DNA of 63,113 nucleotides, the filler included, from Stramenopiles sp. TOSAG23-3 (taxonomy: Eukaryota), in assembly GCA_900128585.1 (NCBI GenBank). It is 42 parts of 42 records of this genome, joined end to end, with 100 filler letters (N's around TTAATTAATTAA, not from the genome) between each part and the next. Parts side by side here need not be neighbours in the genome. Positions count along the whole stretch, not along the records: positions 34,754 to 36,158 come from LT645903.1; positions 36,259 to 37,663 come from LT645904.1; positions 37,764 to 39,167 come from LT645905.1; positions 39,268 to 40,670 come from LT645906.1; positions 40,771 to 42,170 come from LT645907.1; positions 42,271 to 43,670 come from LT645908.1; positions 43,771 to 45,168 come from LT645909.1; positions 45,269 to 46,665 come from LT645910.1; 34 more parts are not named here. One strand, given 5' to 3'. Positions 34,754 through 46,665 of the stretch are shown piece by piece; position 1 is the first letter of the stretch; every line of letters starts with the position of its first letter. The notes under the pieces are model-generated. The model saw only the letters and a program-made list of their open reading frames with translations. It ran no database searches and was not told the origin of the DNA. The translations under genes and the position numbers were made by a program.

Positions 34754-36158
34754 ACAAGGTCGATATTTACCAAATATTTGCAGCAGGACATGGAACCCGT
34801 CAAGTACGGGCAATGCTGGGTCTTCGCTGCTATTTTAACGTCAACTTTGAGGTATTTGGGGATCCCTTCGCGCCCAGTTTCAAACTTTCGCTCTGCTCAC
34901 GATACGCCTAGTGTCCATGGACATAAACGGAAAAGGGCGATCTATGACAGCGTCATCGTGGCCGAAAAAGAATCAGTGTGGAATTTCCATGTCTGGGTAG
35001 ACGCGTGGATAAAACGGGACGACATAACGCCTGAAACTGGGTACGGTTGGAACGCGTTGGACGCCACCCCGCAGGAGAAAAGTTTTGGGGAATACCAAAT
35101 GGGGCCAGCATTTGTGCCGTACGTGAAACAGCACAAAGAGATACGCAATGAAAAAAATTACGACGCAGATTTTGTACTTGGAGAAGTAAACAGTATTCAT
35201 CGGTATCCAAACCGGGACGATCGCTCGGACATTGGTCGCTGCATGATAACAAAACAGCTTTACCCGTCCAATACAGGAAAAGACATCATCAAGGAGTACA
35301 AAATGTGCCCTTCTGCTTTCTACGAAGTGGTTGATGGGAAATGTGGTTTCTACACTGGAGACGGTAAGTTTTCCTTGACATACGGAACGAAAGGGGAAAG
35401 GTCTGCTGTAGAAGCGTTGGACTACAACGGTCGCATGGGCGTTTTCAAAGTCGTGCCGCTGCTGGTGCACTCAAGGTCTAAGGTGAAAGTCAATCTCAAC
35501 GGTCGAGCGGAAATCGTGCGAATGAAAGATTTATCGGCAGGCGCGAAACGCGAGGCGTCCCAAGACAGCAGCAGCAGCGATTCTTTACTGGAACTGAACG
35601 ATGCCAAAGAGGAGGACGACGGCGACAGTGACAATCAAGAAACTAAAGAAACCGGGGCGAAAAAGAAGAAAACTGGCTTAATTGGCAACGTGCGCAATTT
35701 GGTTAGGAAGGGCATCCGCAAAATCAGGACAATGTTCACGGGGTCTGTGTCGCGCGCGAACAAAGGTTTCCATGGTTTAAAAATGCTCATCAGGACAACG
35801 AGAAAGCGAGCCCATCTGTGCAAGGATTGCTTTTCAATTTCCCAAAGGAAAGGCGGACCATTGTTCGTCAATGAGCCACTTGCTCTGCAAATCCATAGAA
35901 AGGGGCACCATGTGACGAAAGGGCAGGACTTTGTAGGCACTTTGTATTTCGAAATTGTGGCCAACAACGGGTTCAATGTGGAAGGGGGAACGTTCCACCG
36001 AGAAAAGAACATAAAGCTCTTAAAGGGCAAAGAGAACACAGAAATCACCATCGACACAGAGGAGTTTCAAGACCATTTAAGCAAGGCGCTATCTCTCAGG
36101 GTTTCGTTGCGGGTGCTGAGTTCTGACGGCAAACTGGTCGATTACGACGAAGAGCAGC
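34754..36158 (+). CDS. Animal-type protein-glutamine gamma-glutamyltransferase (transglutaminase), internal fragment
   Basis: PVKYGQCWVFA (catalytic Cys), LGIPSRPVSNFRSAHD, SVWNFHVW (His), GWNALDATPQE (Asp), YDADFVLGEVN. Confidence 0.93.
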
Positions 36159-36258
36159 NNNNNNNNNNNNNNNNNNNNNNNNNNNNNNNNNNNNNNNNNN
36201 NNTTAATTAATTAANNNNNNNNNNNNNNNNNNNNNNNNNNNNNNNNNNNNNNNNNNNN

Positions 36259-37663
36259 GGGCCAGTGCGTTTCATGCATATATTTTTCCAGGTCCAACTC
36301 GTTCGGAAAGGCATACCGTGTGTTCACCTTCTCCCGTAAAAATGTCTCGTAATTTAACTCAAAGCGTTTCAAGCTGAAAAACAAAACAGGCGGCAAATCA
36401 CCGAGCAGGCACCGTTTCTCAGTGCTGTCTCTTTTCCCGCAAGATTCGCACTTGTATCCTGATAGAGCCTCGCTGCTCGTGTAGGCATCCAGGGATTCCA
36501 TCATGTTGGCACGATTTTTTACCTCCATCTGCAAACAATTAACTTCTTGCTCCTTGTCGATAGTACGGCCACAATCATTGCATGTCATCCGCGTTTTAGC
36601 CGACCCTACAAACGTACGCTTAATAAAGTTTTGGACACTGGCCGTCTTAATGTCTTCTTCCACAATATCCATAAGCCTGGTAAAAAATTCTGTAGCGTCC
36701 TGCTGCTGGTTGACTTGCAAATCGTCCCCATCGTTAAACTTAAACACTTTGCAAAACTCGGCAGTTTCCACGTACGGCCTCTGCGTCAAATACATTTTCC
36801 AAAATATTGATTGGAATGTGCTCGAGACCGAATCGCCGTCGAAGCCCGTCGTCAGAAGACCGCGGCGAAACTCCTCAATTGCGTAAAGCTGTTGAAAAAC
36901 CGAATTTAAATAGCACGTGCTGCCCAAATTACGAAGACCAACGTGGGAGTTCACCCTTGTCTCATTTCCAATGGCCATTTCCAGTGTTTTCGACGGGGTT
37001 CCCTGAACAGACACATGAAGATCATCGAGTGCTGATACTAGTCCCAGCAAACCATCGCGTTCATCGCCATACCAATTGCGTAGGGCAGGCGAGTTTACCC
37101 CCTCCCCAAGCTCTTCCGCGCCAAACATTAACGAGTCGTCTTCTTCACACTCTCCCTCGCCAACGTTTGACTGTGTGTTTCCGGTGTTCAAACATAACAC
37201 CTTCAGCAGAGCCAGCGCCATGCGGTAGACCTGGCTCTTTGCCGGTGCTCGCTGGCAAAATACGTAATTCTGCAGCACATACCCGGCCAGGCCATTCCTG
37301 CACACCTGTCGCACACCGAAATCTCCTAGCTCGTTCTCCCTTGCCAGCATAGTCTTCAGTATGCGCATTGCCCCCGTCGCATGAACAACTTCGCGTGCTT
37401 CCTGGCCTACATCAGCTGACATTATTCTAGAAGAAAGCGTCTTGGCGAGAACGTCTAGACTCCAGCTAGGATTAAATACTTGATTTTTTATTCGAAACAC
37501 ATCTGTCAATAGTGCAGCAATCAAGTCGTAGAAGAAGTCGTACCGGTACTGAATTGCCCCAAAAGGTTTTAAAATCGAACCTTTGCACAGATGACCGAGG
37601 AGTTTCCGCAGCAAAATTATCGCTGCAGACTCCTCGCATGTTCCCTGTCTTCCCGCACAAGAC
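36259..37663 (-). CDS. Large USP (USP9/24/34-like) deubiquitinase, internal fragment
   Basis: VGLRNLGSTCYLNSVFQQLY, QQDATEF, LKRFELNYETFLREKVNTRYAFP. Confidence 0.9.
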
Positions 37664-37866
37664 NNNNNNNNNNNNNNNNNNNNNNNNNNNNNNNNNNNNN
37701 NNNNNNNTTAATTAATTAANNNNNNNNNNNNNNNNNNNNNNNNNNNNNNNNNNNNNNNNNNNNAGACAACAAGAAAGACACCAGTCGTTCCTTAATTTAA
37801 TTTAACAAAAGAAGCAAAACAGACCACGAGCACGCCGTCCGTTGATTTGCTACCACGTCCACACCT

Positions 37867-39132
37867 ATGTTTTCGCTGAGGGTAATCAGGCAGCCACCGG
37901 TGAATATACGAACTAGAACGCCCAAAGAAAAACGACATTTTAAGCTGGTCGTTCGCGTCTTTGCCCCCCCGAAACATACGGTCAAACTAGCGGTAAAAGC
38001 GACGTTACTTTACGCGGACAAGAACGGGAATCGCACCCCTGAAGTCACGAGTGGGAGCAAGAAGCAAGGGGTTCTCATCGGGGGTGCCCTGAGGCAAGAA
38101 CTTTCGTCCGTCAAAAAAATCGCGGCGAGCCAAGGAACGGACGGGGAGTTCCACGACGTTACGTTCGCCGACCTAAATCTGTACGAACCAAGCTCTCGCC
38201 ACAAAGACAGGGAATTTTGCTTCCGTTTCGATTTGGTCGACTCGCTGTCGGGCTCCGTGCTCGCGACAGAGGAGAGTAGCCCAACGTATGCGTACACGCA
38301 CCCAAAGGTTTTGCGGCGGCGGCGGGAAGTTTGCCTACGGGCTGTGAGCGGCTTTGCCGACATGCCGCTGTCTGCACTCTTGCGAAGGGGGCCGTCAAAG
38401 CAAAACCGAATGCATGTGGTGGGAGGGCCCTTTATCGCCAGCCCAAGGCTCGGCGCCGTGTTTTGCTTCGTCGGGCATGGGTCCAAGCGAGGCGGGAAAG
38501 TGGTGCGCTACGAGAAGCGCGCTGAAAACATAGAGTTATTCTCCGAGTCTGCGTTGTTCTTTGATCCCCCGAAGAGTACAGAGGCCTTCCTGAAGCAACA
38601 CAGAATCGTCGACGTCGAGATACGGGTAACGAATGACTCTAGGCACTTTAGCAACTCGATGACCGTGACGTACAAAGGGGGGGACACGGGCCAATCGACC
38701 GAACCAGCGAAAAGGGCTGCTCAAGAGGGCGCCGCGACCGAGGAGACACGAGAACCCACGGTCGCGCCGCCCCCTGCTGCAGCACGTGTTTTCCCTAACG
38801 ACTGGTACGCGCCGGTTGCGGCCGCACTAGGCAGTGTTGCTGTCGAAAATAATGACAATGTATACTCCCTTGACTTCATGTCCGAGACCGACAGTGCGGA
38901 TGGCCTCGCCGGTAAGCTTTCAGACGATTCTTCCTGCGACCTCGGTGCGGAGTACGACGGCAAAGGCCAAGTGCTCGGGGAGGATTTCTTGTTTGGGTGG
39001 AATGGGGTGGACCGTTTGACCGACCATTCCTGGGATTTTGACACCGCTTTCCTCGGCAACCGCGTTCGCTCTAGAAGCGATGCGAACCTTGTCCCAGATC
39101 AACCGACCAAACGGCTCAGGTCAAGAATGTAA
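37867..39132 (+). CDS. Putative transcription factor: velvet/Rel-like beta-sandwich, IPT/TIG domain and acidic tail; complete
   Basis: FSLRVIRQP, VTFADL..FCFRFDL, SSPTYAYTH; then MHVVGGPF, LFFDPP, VEIRVTNDSRHFSN; basic clusters LRRRRE and PTKRLRSR. Confidence 0.55.
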   Translation: MFSLRVIRQPPVNIRTRTPKEKRHFKLVVRVFAPPKHTVKLAVKATLLYADKNGNRTPEVTSGSKKQGVLIGGALRQELSSVKKIAASQGTDGEFHDVTFADLNLYEPSSRHKDREFCFRFDLVDSLSGSVLATEESSPTYAYTHPKVLRRRREVCLRAVSGFADMPLSALLRRGPSKQNRMHVVGGPFIASPRLGAVFCFVGHGSKRGGKVVRYEKRAENIELFSESALFFDPPKSTEAFLKQHRIVDVEIRVTNDSRHFSNSMTVTYKGGDTGQSTEPAKRAAQEGAATEETREPTVAPPPAAARVFPNDWYAPVAAALGSVAVENNDNVYSLDFMSETDSADGLAGKLSDDSSCDLGAEYDGKGQVLGEDFLFGWNGVDRLTDHSWDFDTAFLGNRVRSRSDANLVPDQPTKRLRSRM

Positions 39133-39267
39133 ATATATTTAAATAATGTAAACAAAGTGGTTAAATTNNNNNNNNNNNNNNNNNNNNNNNNNNNNNNNNN
39201 NNNNNNNNNNNTTAATTAATTAANNNNNNNNNNNNNNNNNNNNNNNNNNNNNNNNNNNNNNNNNNNN

Positions 39268-40339
39268 AAACCCATTCGACACCTTTTGCCGCAAGGGACC
39301 TGCTCGTCGCACCTGCGAGCGAGTGAAGTATAGTGCGGCCGCGAGAATCTTTAATGTAAGGACTTGTTCTGCCCTGTCTAAATATCGCCTTCAGTACCCC
39401 AATTCGCCCCAACCGCGCGCACTTAAATACTACTACTCGTCGCGTCTTCATCCCGCGCATTCCGGCCTGGATCTTACTGGCGCACAGGTATTGCCAGCAC
39501 CGGTTGCCGGTAAGGCCTTCTCTATTTTTCACATCTAGCAGTTTCGGGTGTACATGACATATCCAAGCAGCGCACTTGAAGCGCTCCTTTCCCTCCTCAG
39601 GGCGGGCTTGAGAGTGCACCGCAGCCTGGCAGCAAATGTGCAGGACGGACTGCCCCTCCCGGTCTCGTACTAAGTCGATTTTCACGTGTTTCGCAATAAC
39701 TTTTAAGCAGCCTATGTTTCCTCCAGCGGCACACCTGATCACCATTTTCTCCCTCTCCATGCTTCCCCTCCAGTGCCGTTCGATCACCGTCGCGCTAGCG
39801 TGCCATCGATGGATCCGTTTCTTGACAAGCATCCTCCGGACGTACTTTGCAATCGTTATCTCCGCTTTCGTCAATAGGTGCGTCTTCTTTTGGTCCCCAT
39901 CCGCAAGGGCAGCGTGCCCCCCCCTCCTTTTCGGAATCTTTAATGGTTTCCCTTTTCGCGCATTTCGGTGTTGGTGGCGAGTTTTCTTCTCTCGCTTGGC
40001 AGGCTGAAACTGTGTTTTGGACTCTAAGTGTTTTTTTCTTTCCTCTTCTCGCTCCTGGAGCGATAGGCGTCGCTGGAGTTTGACTGACAGGCGGCGGCCT
40101 TCCTTCTGCCCCTCGTGAACACGCTCCGACGGGGTATCTATGGTTCCAGAAACGTTTCCCTCCGCGGTTGCAGGCTTTAATTTGTCGGTACCATACACCG
40201 TGCGTGTCATAATCAGACCGGCATCTTTGTCTGTGTACGACAGAATATGTTTCGGACCGTCTATAGAATCTATCGTTGCTACATGGTCTTCCCCAACTTC
40301 ATCCGTGAACGTCACTTTCGAACCAGGGACAAACGCCAT
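39268..40339 (-). CDS. IQ-motif and ankyrin-repeat protein, 3' partial
   Basis: IERHWRGSMER, KIQAGMRGMKTR; DREGQSVLH, DSRGRTILH. Confidence 0.75.
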
Positions 40340-41370
40340 GTTGGTTCGCAACGTCGTGAACTTAGCAATATCGCAACGCTATCAAACAAACCAATTCAAC
40401 AACTATTAGGATATATATATGTATAAATATAAATTACCCGAATTACTCATACATAAATATAAACGCTTGAAATGATAAAATCTTGCGAATCATTCAGCAA
40501 ACTCTTCTTTCTTTTTTCTGTCTTTTTTTTTCAATCTTTCATTGTTGGTTGAATTTCCATAAAAAATGAGCGACACACACACACAATATATTATAATTTT
40601 CAGTAGTATTAATAAATAAATAGTGTACTTCTTCTTCTAAAATAATAATATATTTACCATGTTATTACCTNNNNNNNNNNNNNNNNNNNNNNNNNNNNNN
40701 NNNNNNNNNNNNNNTTAATTAATTAANNNNNNNNNNNNNNNNNNNNNNNNNNNNNNNNNNNNNNNNNNNNTTAAATACCGTACAGGTAGGTACGATATAA
40801 AAAAGCTTCTTCTTCTTTCTTTTTGGCTTTGTTGTTGTGCGTACGCAGCAAGAAGAAGCAGCACTTCTTTTTTTTTTTTAAAATTATTATTAATATTTTA
40901 CAAGCTGTACTACTGTACAGTATTTATTCGTAAAAAAAAATATTAATAAAAATAATAAAAAATATAATATTATTGTTGTTGAATATTTTGTTGTTGAGAA
41001 GAAGAAGGAAGAAGAATGAAATATTAAAGACGAATATTTTTTATTAATAAATATTTTTTTTTATTATTATTATTAATTAATAATTTTAAAAATGGTGATT
41101 GAAAAGAAGTGGTGAACTTGAGGTGGAATTGTATATACTTAAATATAAAGAAATAATAATAATACATTCGTTTAAAAAACTAAACAAAACATGGTCATTA
41201 CCCTTTCTATAGTGATTTTGTTGGTAGTTTATAACGGTTTCAAATCATCTGCAAAGTGTTTAGTTTATTAATCATAGCGGGCCGAGCCGACCCTGGGTAA
41301 GTCTTATCGTCCGTCTCTTTCTCTCTCTCTCTCTTTCTTACACTCCAGTGGAAAAACACGACGATTTACG

Positions 41371-42170
41371 ATGGGGGACGGGGACAGCGTTCAGGCATGT
41401 TGTTACATGCTTTTCTTCTGCATATCGCTCGTTTGTTACATCGTGCAAATGGTGTCGCAATCGCACGTCGTTCCCCCCCACGGCTCTGGGCTAGTCCCGA
41501 ACGGAACTACCCCAGCCACTTGCGCGTGGAAATTGCACCTTCACAACAAAACGTACAACATGGAGTGTGGGAAAGATTGTAAAAAGGAATGCGGTTTTTG
41601 TGACCCTCAGTACGACAATTGCTTTGGGAAAAAGTACTGCCCCGTCAAATGTGACAATGGTCTCCCGTGCATTTACATGCCAGGGGAACTAAAATCGGAC
41701 TGCAAGGGAATATGCTCCCGCGAGTCGGTCTGCGTGCCGTTGCCACCGCCCAAAGCAACAGTAGGGGAAGTACAGTACCATATCTTGATGACCTGCGTCT
41801 ACCTGTTCATTACGATCTCCTCCGTTTGCCTTGGTGGCTGTGCAGAAAAGCATGCGTGGAGAAACTCCGATCGACTGGGGCACATGCACTACGAATTTGC
41901 TTTCGTTGCGTTCATGCTGTTTGTCATCTCTGGCAGTTTCTTGCTGGCGACGACGGTGAGCGACGACGAACTCAGCATGTACAATTCCCGCTTTATCACC
42001 ATGATGGTGTTTTACATCGTCTTGGTCACTGTCTTGGCCGGGTGCATTGGGTATCGGAGCGTGGGCAATGCCAACAAGGGGGGGCACTCTGCCCTGTTTT
42101 TTTACATGTGGTTTATCATGGGGGTCATTGAGATCTTGCAGTGTGTGATAGGGAAGAGCCATGCGACCCT
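41371..42170 (+). CDS. Multi-pass membrane protein with a Cys-rich loop, 3' partial
   Basis: One TM, a Cys-rich segment, then four or more TMs. Confidence 0.7.
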
Positions 42171-42271
42171 NNNNNNNNNNNNNNNNNNNNNNNNNNNNNN
42201 NNNNNNNNNNNNNNTTAATTAATTAANNNNNNNNNNNNNNNNNNNNNNNNNNNNNNNNNNNNNNNNNNNNA

Positions 42272-42400
42272 GCAGACGAAGAGCCAGCAGTAATGCTCCC
42301 ATGTTGCGGAAGAATATTTCACAAAGAGTGTATAGCAAAATGGCTGAAGGAGTACTCAAAGACGTGCCCTAGTTGCCGGAGCGACCTGACAGGATTTTGA
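42272..42400 (+). CDS. C-terminal RING finger fragment (absent from the ORF track)
   Basis: Manual translation ..MLPCCGRIFHKECIAKWLKEYSKTCPSCRSDLTGF*. Confidence 0.8.
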   Translation, partial: ADEEPAVMLPCCGRIFHKECIAKWLKEYSKTCPSCRSDLTGF

Positions 42401-42575
42401 GGGCGCACATCAAGGACATGTTCGAAGCACGTGCAGGTAATCCATAGGAACTAAAAAATACATTTATTAAGATTATGCGCGCGCGCGTGCACACACACAC
42501 ACACATGTTCTATTTTAACGTAATTTCGCATTTTGTTTTTTTCTGCGAGTAAATTATTTTTAATTAACGCGCCCA

Positions 42576-43670
42576 CTAGTGACCAGGGTTGCTCAGCTTT
42601 ACAAAGATTCTGTCCAAGTACTTCTTCACCACCCCGTCGGAGGTTTCGTCCCTTATGCGGCCCATCTCAACCTCAAAACGCGACCGTTGGCCGCTATCCG
42701 CGGCAATGCTCATAGCGTTTCGACAAAGGTTGTACACGCAAAAGTTCCCCAAGGAGAACAGGGCGATCCGCCTCGGCTGCACGTTGTCCGCCCCCTCCAG
42801 CATGGCCACTGCAAAGAGCGCGTCGGGGGCACCTGCCTCCACCAGCGCCCGGCACAGATCGTCCGAGTTCCGAACCAGGTTTCCCAACGCGCCAGCGGCG
42901 TTTGCGCGCGTCTTGTGCTCTTCGTCGCTCTGCAACAGGTCTACCAGTAAGGGGATTGACCTCCTCAGTTCCATGTACAGCCGGGGGGAGTGAAAGGCCG
43001 CGTTCCCCACCGCAAAGCAAGAGAACTTGCGCGTGCTGGAGTCGGGATCCTGGCAGTGAACGATCAAGTGTTCCAGCAGCGTGTGGTTGGACCCACGGTG
43101 CAAGCGGTCGCACGAGCGCGCCAGCCAGGGATCGCTTGCGTCCCCGTCAAACTGGTAAGGCTCCAGGGGTTCGACCAAAATTTCGTAAAATTTGTCAGAG
43201 TGCTTGCAAAGGTTCCCGATCAAGTTGCACACCTTCGCGCGGACGACGCCCACGGGCTGCCACAGCAGGGCGCGCAGTTCCCGAGTAATCCCTGCCTCGA
43301 TGATCGAATTGTAATGGTCCGAGGAAGACCGCGCCAAGTGGCTCACGACAACGAGGGTGTCGATCACAACGTCCTGAGGGCACTTCTCCAGCATCGTCAG
43401 ATTCATTTTCTGGTGGTCCCCCGCGACCTCAGGGCGAGGGCTCGTGTGGCTGCGCTGACCGCGGGGGTCAAGCTGCTGCCACCGCTCCACGTGCTGCAAC
43501 AGTTTCGACAGCGACGGCGGAACGAGCAGGGCGCAGCCTTTTATTGCCCGAATACCCCCGGCGTTGACGAACTGTTTCGCGAAGTGCATCGACCCCAGCA
43601 CCAGCCGTGCGATCACGTTCAGGGGCAAGGCATAGGCACAGTACGGCAGGGTCTCCGCGCGCATCAGGTC
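42576..43670 (-). CDS. STK36: Fused/STK36/TIO kinase C-terminal ARM/HEAT region, 5' partial
   Basis: VRAKVCNLIGNLCKHS, TRKFSCFAVGNAAFH, KTRANAAGALGNLVRNS, IALFSLGN. Confidence 0.88.
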   Translation of the reverse strand, partial: DLMRAETLPYCAYALPLNVIARLVLGSMHFAKQFVNAGGIRAIKGCALLVPPSLSKLLQHVERWQQLDPRGQRSHTSPRPEVAGDHQKMNLTMLEKCPQDVVIDTLVVVSHLARSSSDHYNSIIEAGITRELRALLWQPVGVVRAKVCNLIGNLCKHSDKFYEILVEPLEPYQFDGDASDPWLARSCDRLHRGSNHTLLEHLIVHCQDPDSSTRKFSCFAVGNAAFHSPRLYMELRRSIPLLVDLLQSDEEHKTRANAAGALGNLVRNSDDLCRALVEAGAPDALFAVAMLEGADNVQPRRIALFSLGNFCVYNLCRNAMSIAADSGQRSRFEVEMGRIRDETSDGVVKKYLDRIFVKLSNPGH

Positions 43671-43770
43671 NNNNNNNNNNNNNNNNNNNNNNNNNNNNNN
43701 NNNNNNNNNNNNNNTTAATTAATTAANNNNNNNNNNNNNNNNNNNNNNNNNNNNNNNNNNNNNNNNNNNN

Positions 43771-43830
43771 CTTCTTCTTCTTCTTCTTCTTCTTCTTCTT
43801 CTTCTTCTTCTTCTTCTTCTTCTTCTTCTT
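43771..43830 (+). repeat. (CTT)n microsatellite
   Basis: About 20 units at the contig start. Confidence 0.95.
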
Positions 43831-44617
43831 TCTCTTTTCGAAAAAGAAACCAAAAAGGATGCATAAAATTAGAATACAAAGTACATTGAATAACAACAAA
43901 AACATGAAAAAAAAAGTTCATTGAAAAATCTTCCATTGAAAAATTTAATTAAATACATAATTTTCTACTTATTTGTTCTTCTTCCTATCTATTATTATTT
44001 CTATTTGGGATGAATGGACGGGAGAGGAGAAGGCAGACAGTTATGAGAATTATAATTTAAGTTAAAACATCAAAAACAATTTCTTTCTTCTTCTATTTCC
44101 ATGCTCTCTCTATCTCTTTCTTTACAAGCGATCGACAACAAATCGTTTGTTCGCAAATATTATTATTTACATTATTTACTTAAATATAATATAATTATTA
44201 TATATAAATAGAGGAATTAATAAGATGTTTATTATGGAAAAAAACTTCTAAAGAAAAAGAAAACAAAGGAAGAAAGGAAACCGCTACAGCCTTTGCAAAT
44301 ACTTGCTAAAGTTTTTGCTCTTTTCCTATATAAAATATATTTAATTACAAAAATATATACTTAAAGAAGAATAAATACTTCCTCTATAATTGAGTATGAG
44401 ATACGGTAATGGTTTAATTAAGAAGAAGGTTACAGCTATAATAGCAGGGGAGGGGGTTGGTGCTTCGCTTATCCAGTCGAAATAAATACAATTTTAATTT
44501 ATAAGTAGAGATAGGGAGGAGTTATAATTTTACTAAATAGACGACAGCTGCTATTTCACCTATTGAACACCCACCAGTCTTCGTACTACCAGTATTAAAT
44601 AAATCAAGAACTGTTAG

Positions 44618-44653
44618 TTTAGATTTAGATTTAGATTTAGATTTAGATTTAGA
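44618..44653 (+). repeat. (TTTAGA)6 hexamer repeat
   Basis: Six perfect units. Confidence 0.9.
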
Positions 44654-45396
44654 TTAAATTTAGTTTTAAGCTTATATAATAAGGAGTCCAAATAAATTAA
44701 ATTATAATTTAATAAATAGTTTAACTGTAGTTAGTCCTAATTCCTAATTGTCCGTCGTCCTTCCTATCTAATAAATAATAATTACAACAAATTAAAATTA
44801 TTTTTATTAATTATTACAGTACTGTACTGTATTAATATTACAAATTTTATTCGTATAAATTTTTTATTTTATTTGTGTGTACTACTTTGTATTACCTGTA
44901 TGTTGATTCCTTTTTTTTCTTCTTTTTTTTTTAATTATTAAATAAACATGATGATGATGTGGTGATAATATTATTTTAATTATAGTATAGTTATACGGTA
45001 GTGTAGTAGTAAGAAGTAAAAAAAAAAAATGATGGGGAGGAGGAGGAGTGGAGAGAGATTGTGATTGAGATCGATTCCCTTTTGTGTAGAAATGCAATTG
45101 TGACCACACAAATACTGTAGATAGAAAGAAGTGAAAAAGAATGGAAAGAAAGAAGATACACTCGTATCNNNNNNNNNNNNNNNNNNNNNNNNNNNNNNNN
45201 NNNNNNNNNNNNTTAATTAATTAANNNNNNNNNNNNNNNNNNNNNNNNNNNNNNNNNNNNNNNNNNNNAACAATAGAAATACTGCCATTCTCTTTGTCAC
45301 TTTTCATGGTGCACGCAATAGACACACACAGGTACAACTGAACAGAACCCCATTTTTTTCTACACCAGGGCGGTCGGTTGATTACGAAGGTTACGG

Positions 45397-46665
45397 ATGG
45401 ACACAGAGCTAGGGGAACGGCGGTCGAGGTCGAAACGGCACTCAAAACGTCGACGTAGACGAAAAGCCAAGGCAAGGGAGAGGAAGGGCGGGCGGGAAGT
45501 GGGTGCAAACACGTTTCGGGCCGTCTTTTTGGCCATTTTGTGCTGTCTGTCCCTCATAATTCTGCTAAGTTATAAATCTCCACGGAGGTATGTCGACTCC
45601 TTGGCAAAGGGTTCCGTGCAGCAGCGGCTGGGAAGGTTCAAGAAAAACGTCCAACAGCAGCATGGGAAGGCAGGCAATGTCGCGCAGACCAGCATTCGCC
45701 TCCCAACAGTCATAGAACCGGACGCGAACTTGACCTCGCTTTGCACGCGGCCGTTCCGCTTTGTCATAGAGCCCGACCAGGACTACGTGGGGCATGATAT
45801 TAACGGGGTAGACGGGGTGAAGAGCACCTCGTTCGAGCACTGCTGCGCGTTTTGTGGGAAGACCGTCGGCTGCAAAGCGTTTACGTACAGCGCGAAGAAC
45901 GGCGGATTTTGCTGGTTGAAGCACTCAAAGGGCGCGACCATCAAAGAGAGCGCGGGCGTCGTGAGTGGCTACTTGCCGGCCAACATCTTCTTAGACAAAC
46001 AGACCGCGCTGGAGAAATTGCTGGTCCCGGACGGGATGGTGTCCAATCAGCTTCATACCTTCATAGACGTGTACCGTGGGACCCCGATCACTGCGTACGC
46101 CCGCGTGAGCGGGTACCGCGTCGAGTACGGGGTGTACCAGCGGAGCCACCTGACCCTCGTTAGGGACCATTTGAATCGAGAGGCGAGACAATACAAGATG
46201 ATGGCCAAAGCGCTGAGCGCGTCCAAAGTCCACCCGCCGCTGATGGTGGACGTTGGATCCAACCAGGGGTTGTACGCGCTGGTTGCCATGCGGATAGGCG
46301 CCCAGGTGATTGCCGTGGAGCCGCAGGCAAGGCTGTGCAGGCTTATCAACTGGTCTACCTTGCGCAACAAGTTTACGATCGGGAAAGACTTGATCCTGTA
46401 CCAGAGCGCAATCCTCGACACGTACGACAAGGTGAACATGCGGAACCACAACATCAACGAGGGCGCCATCGGGACCATCGTGAAAGGGGTGAGCGGCCGC
46501 GGGCAAATTCAGACCCACCCCATCGCCGACATCGTTCCGCAAAACGCGACGGAAATAGCATACATGAAAGTGGACGTCGAGGGCGTCGAGCTCGCCGCGC
46601 TGATATCAGCCGTCCCTTTGTTCAAAAAGCGGATCGTGAAGACGGTCGTCGTCGAGTTTGGGCCG
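45397..46665 (+). CDS. Type II membrane protein: PAN/Apple domain plus FkbM-family SAM methyltransferase, 3' partial
   Basis: Basic tail and TM; DYVGHDI..CCAFC..GCKAFTY..CWLK..VVSG; VDVGSNQG, IAVEPQ, MKVDVEG. Confidence 0.85.

Noticed and set aside
7590-37663. Three USP genes as a ubiquitin cluster, and several glyco-enzymes as a pathway cluster
   Set aside because: They lie on separate contigs ordered only by length, so there is no linkage information
44618-44653. (TTTAGA)6 as a telomeric repeat
   Set aside because: Short, internal and lacking the G-run of typical telomere units; one of many microsatellites
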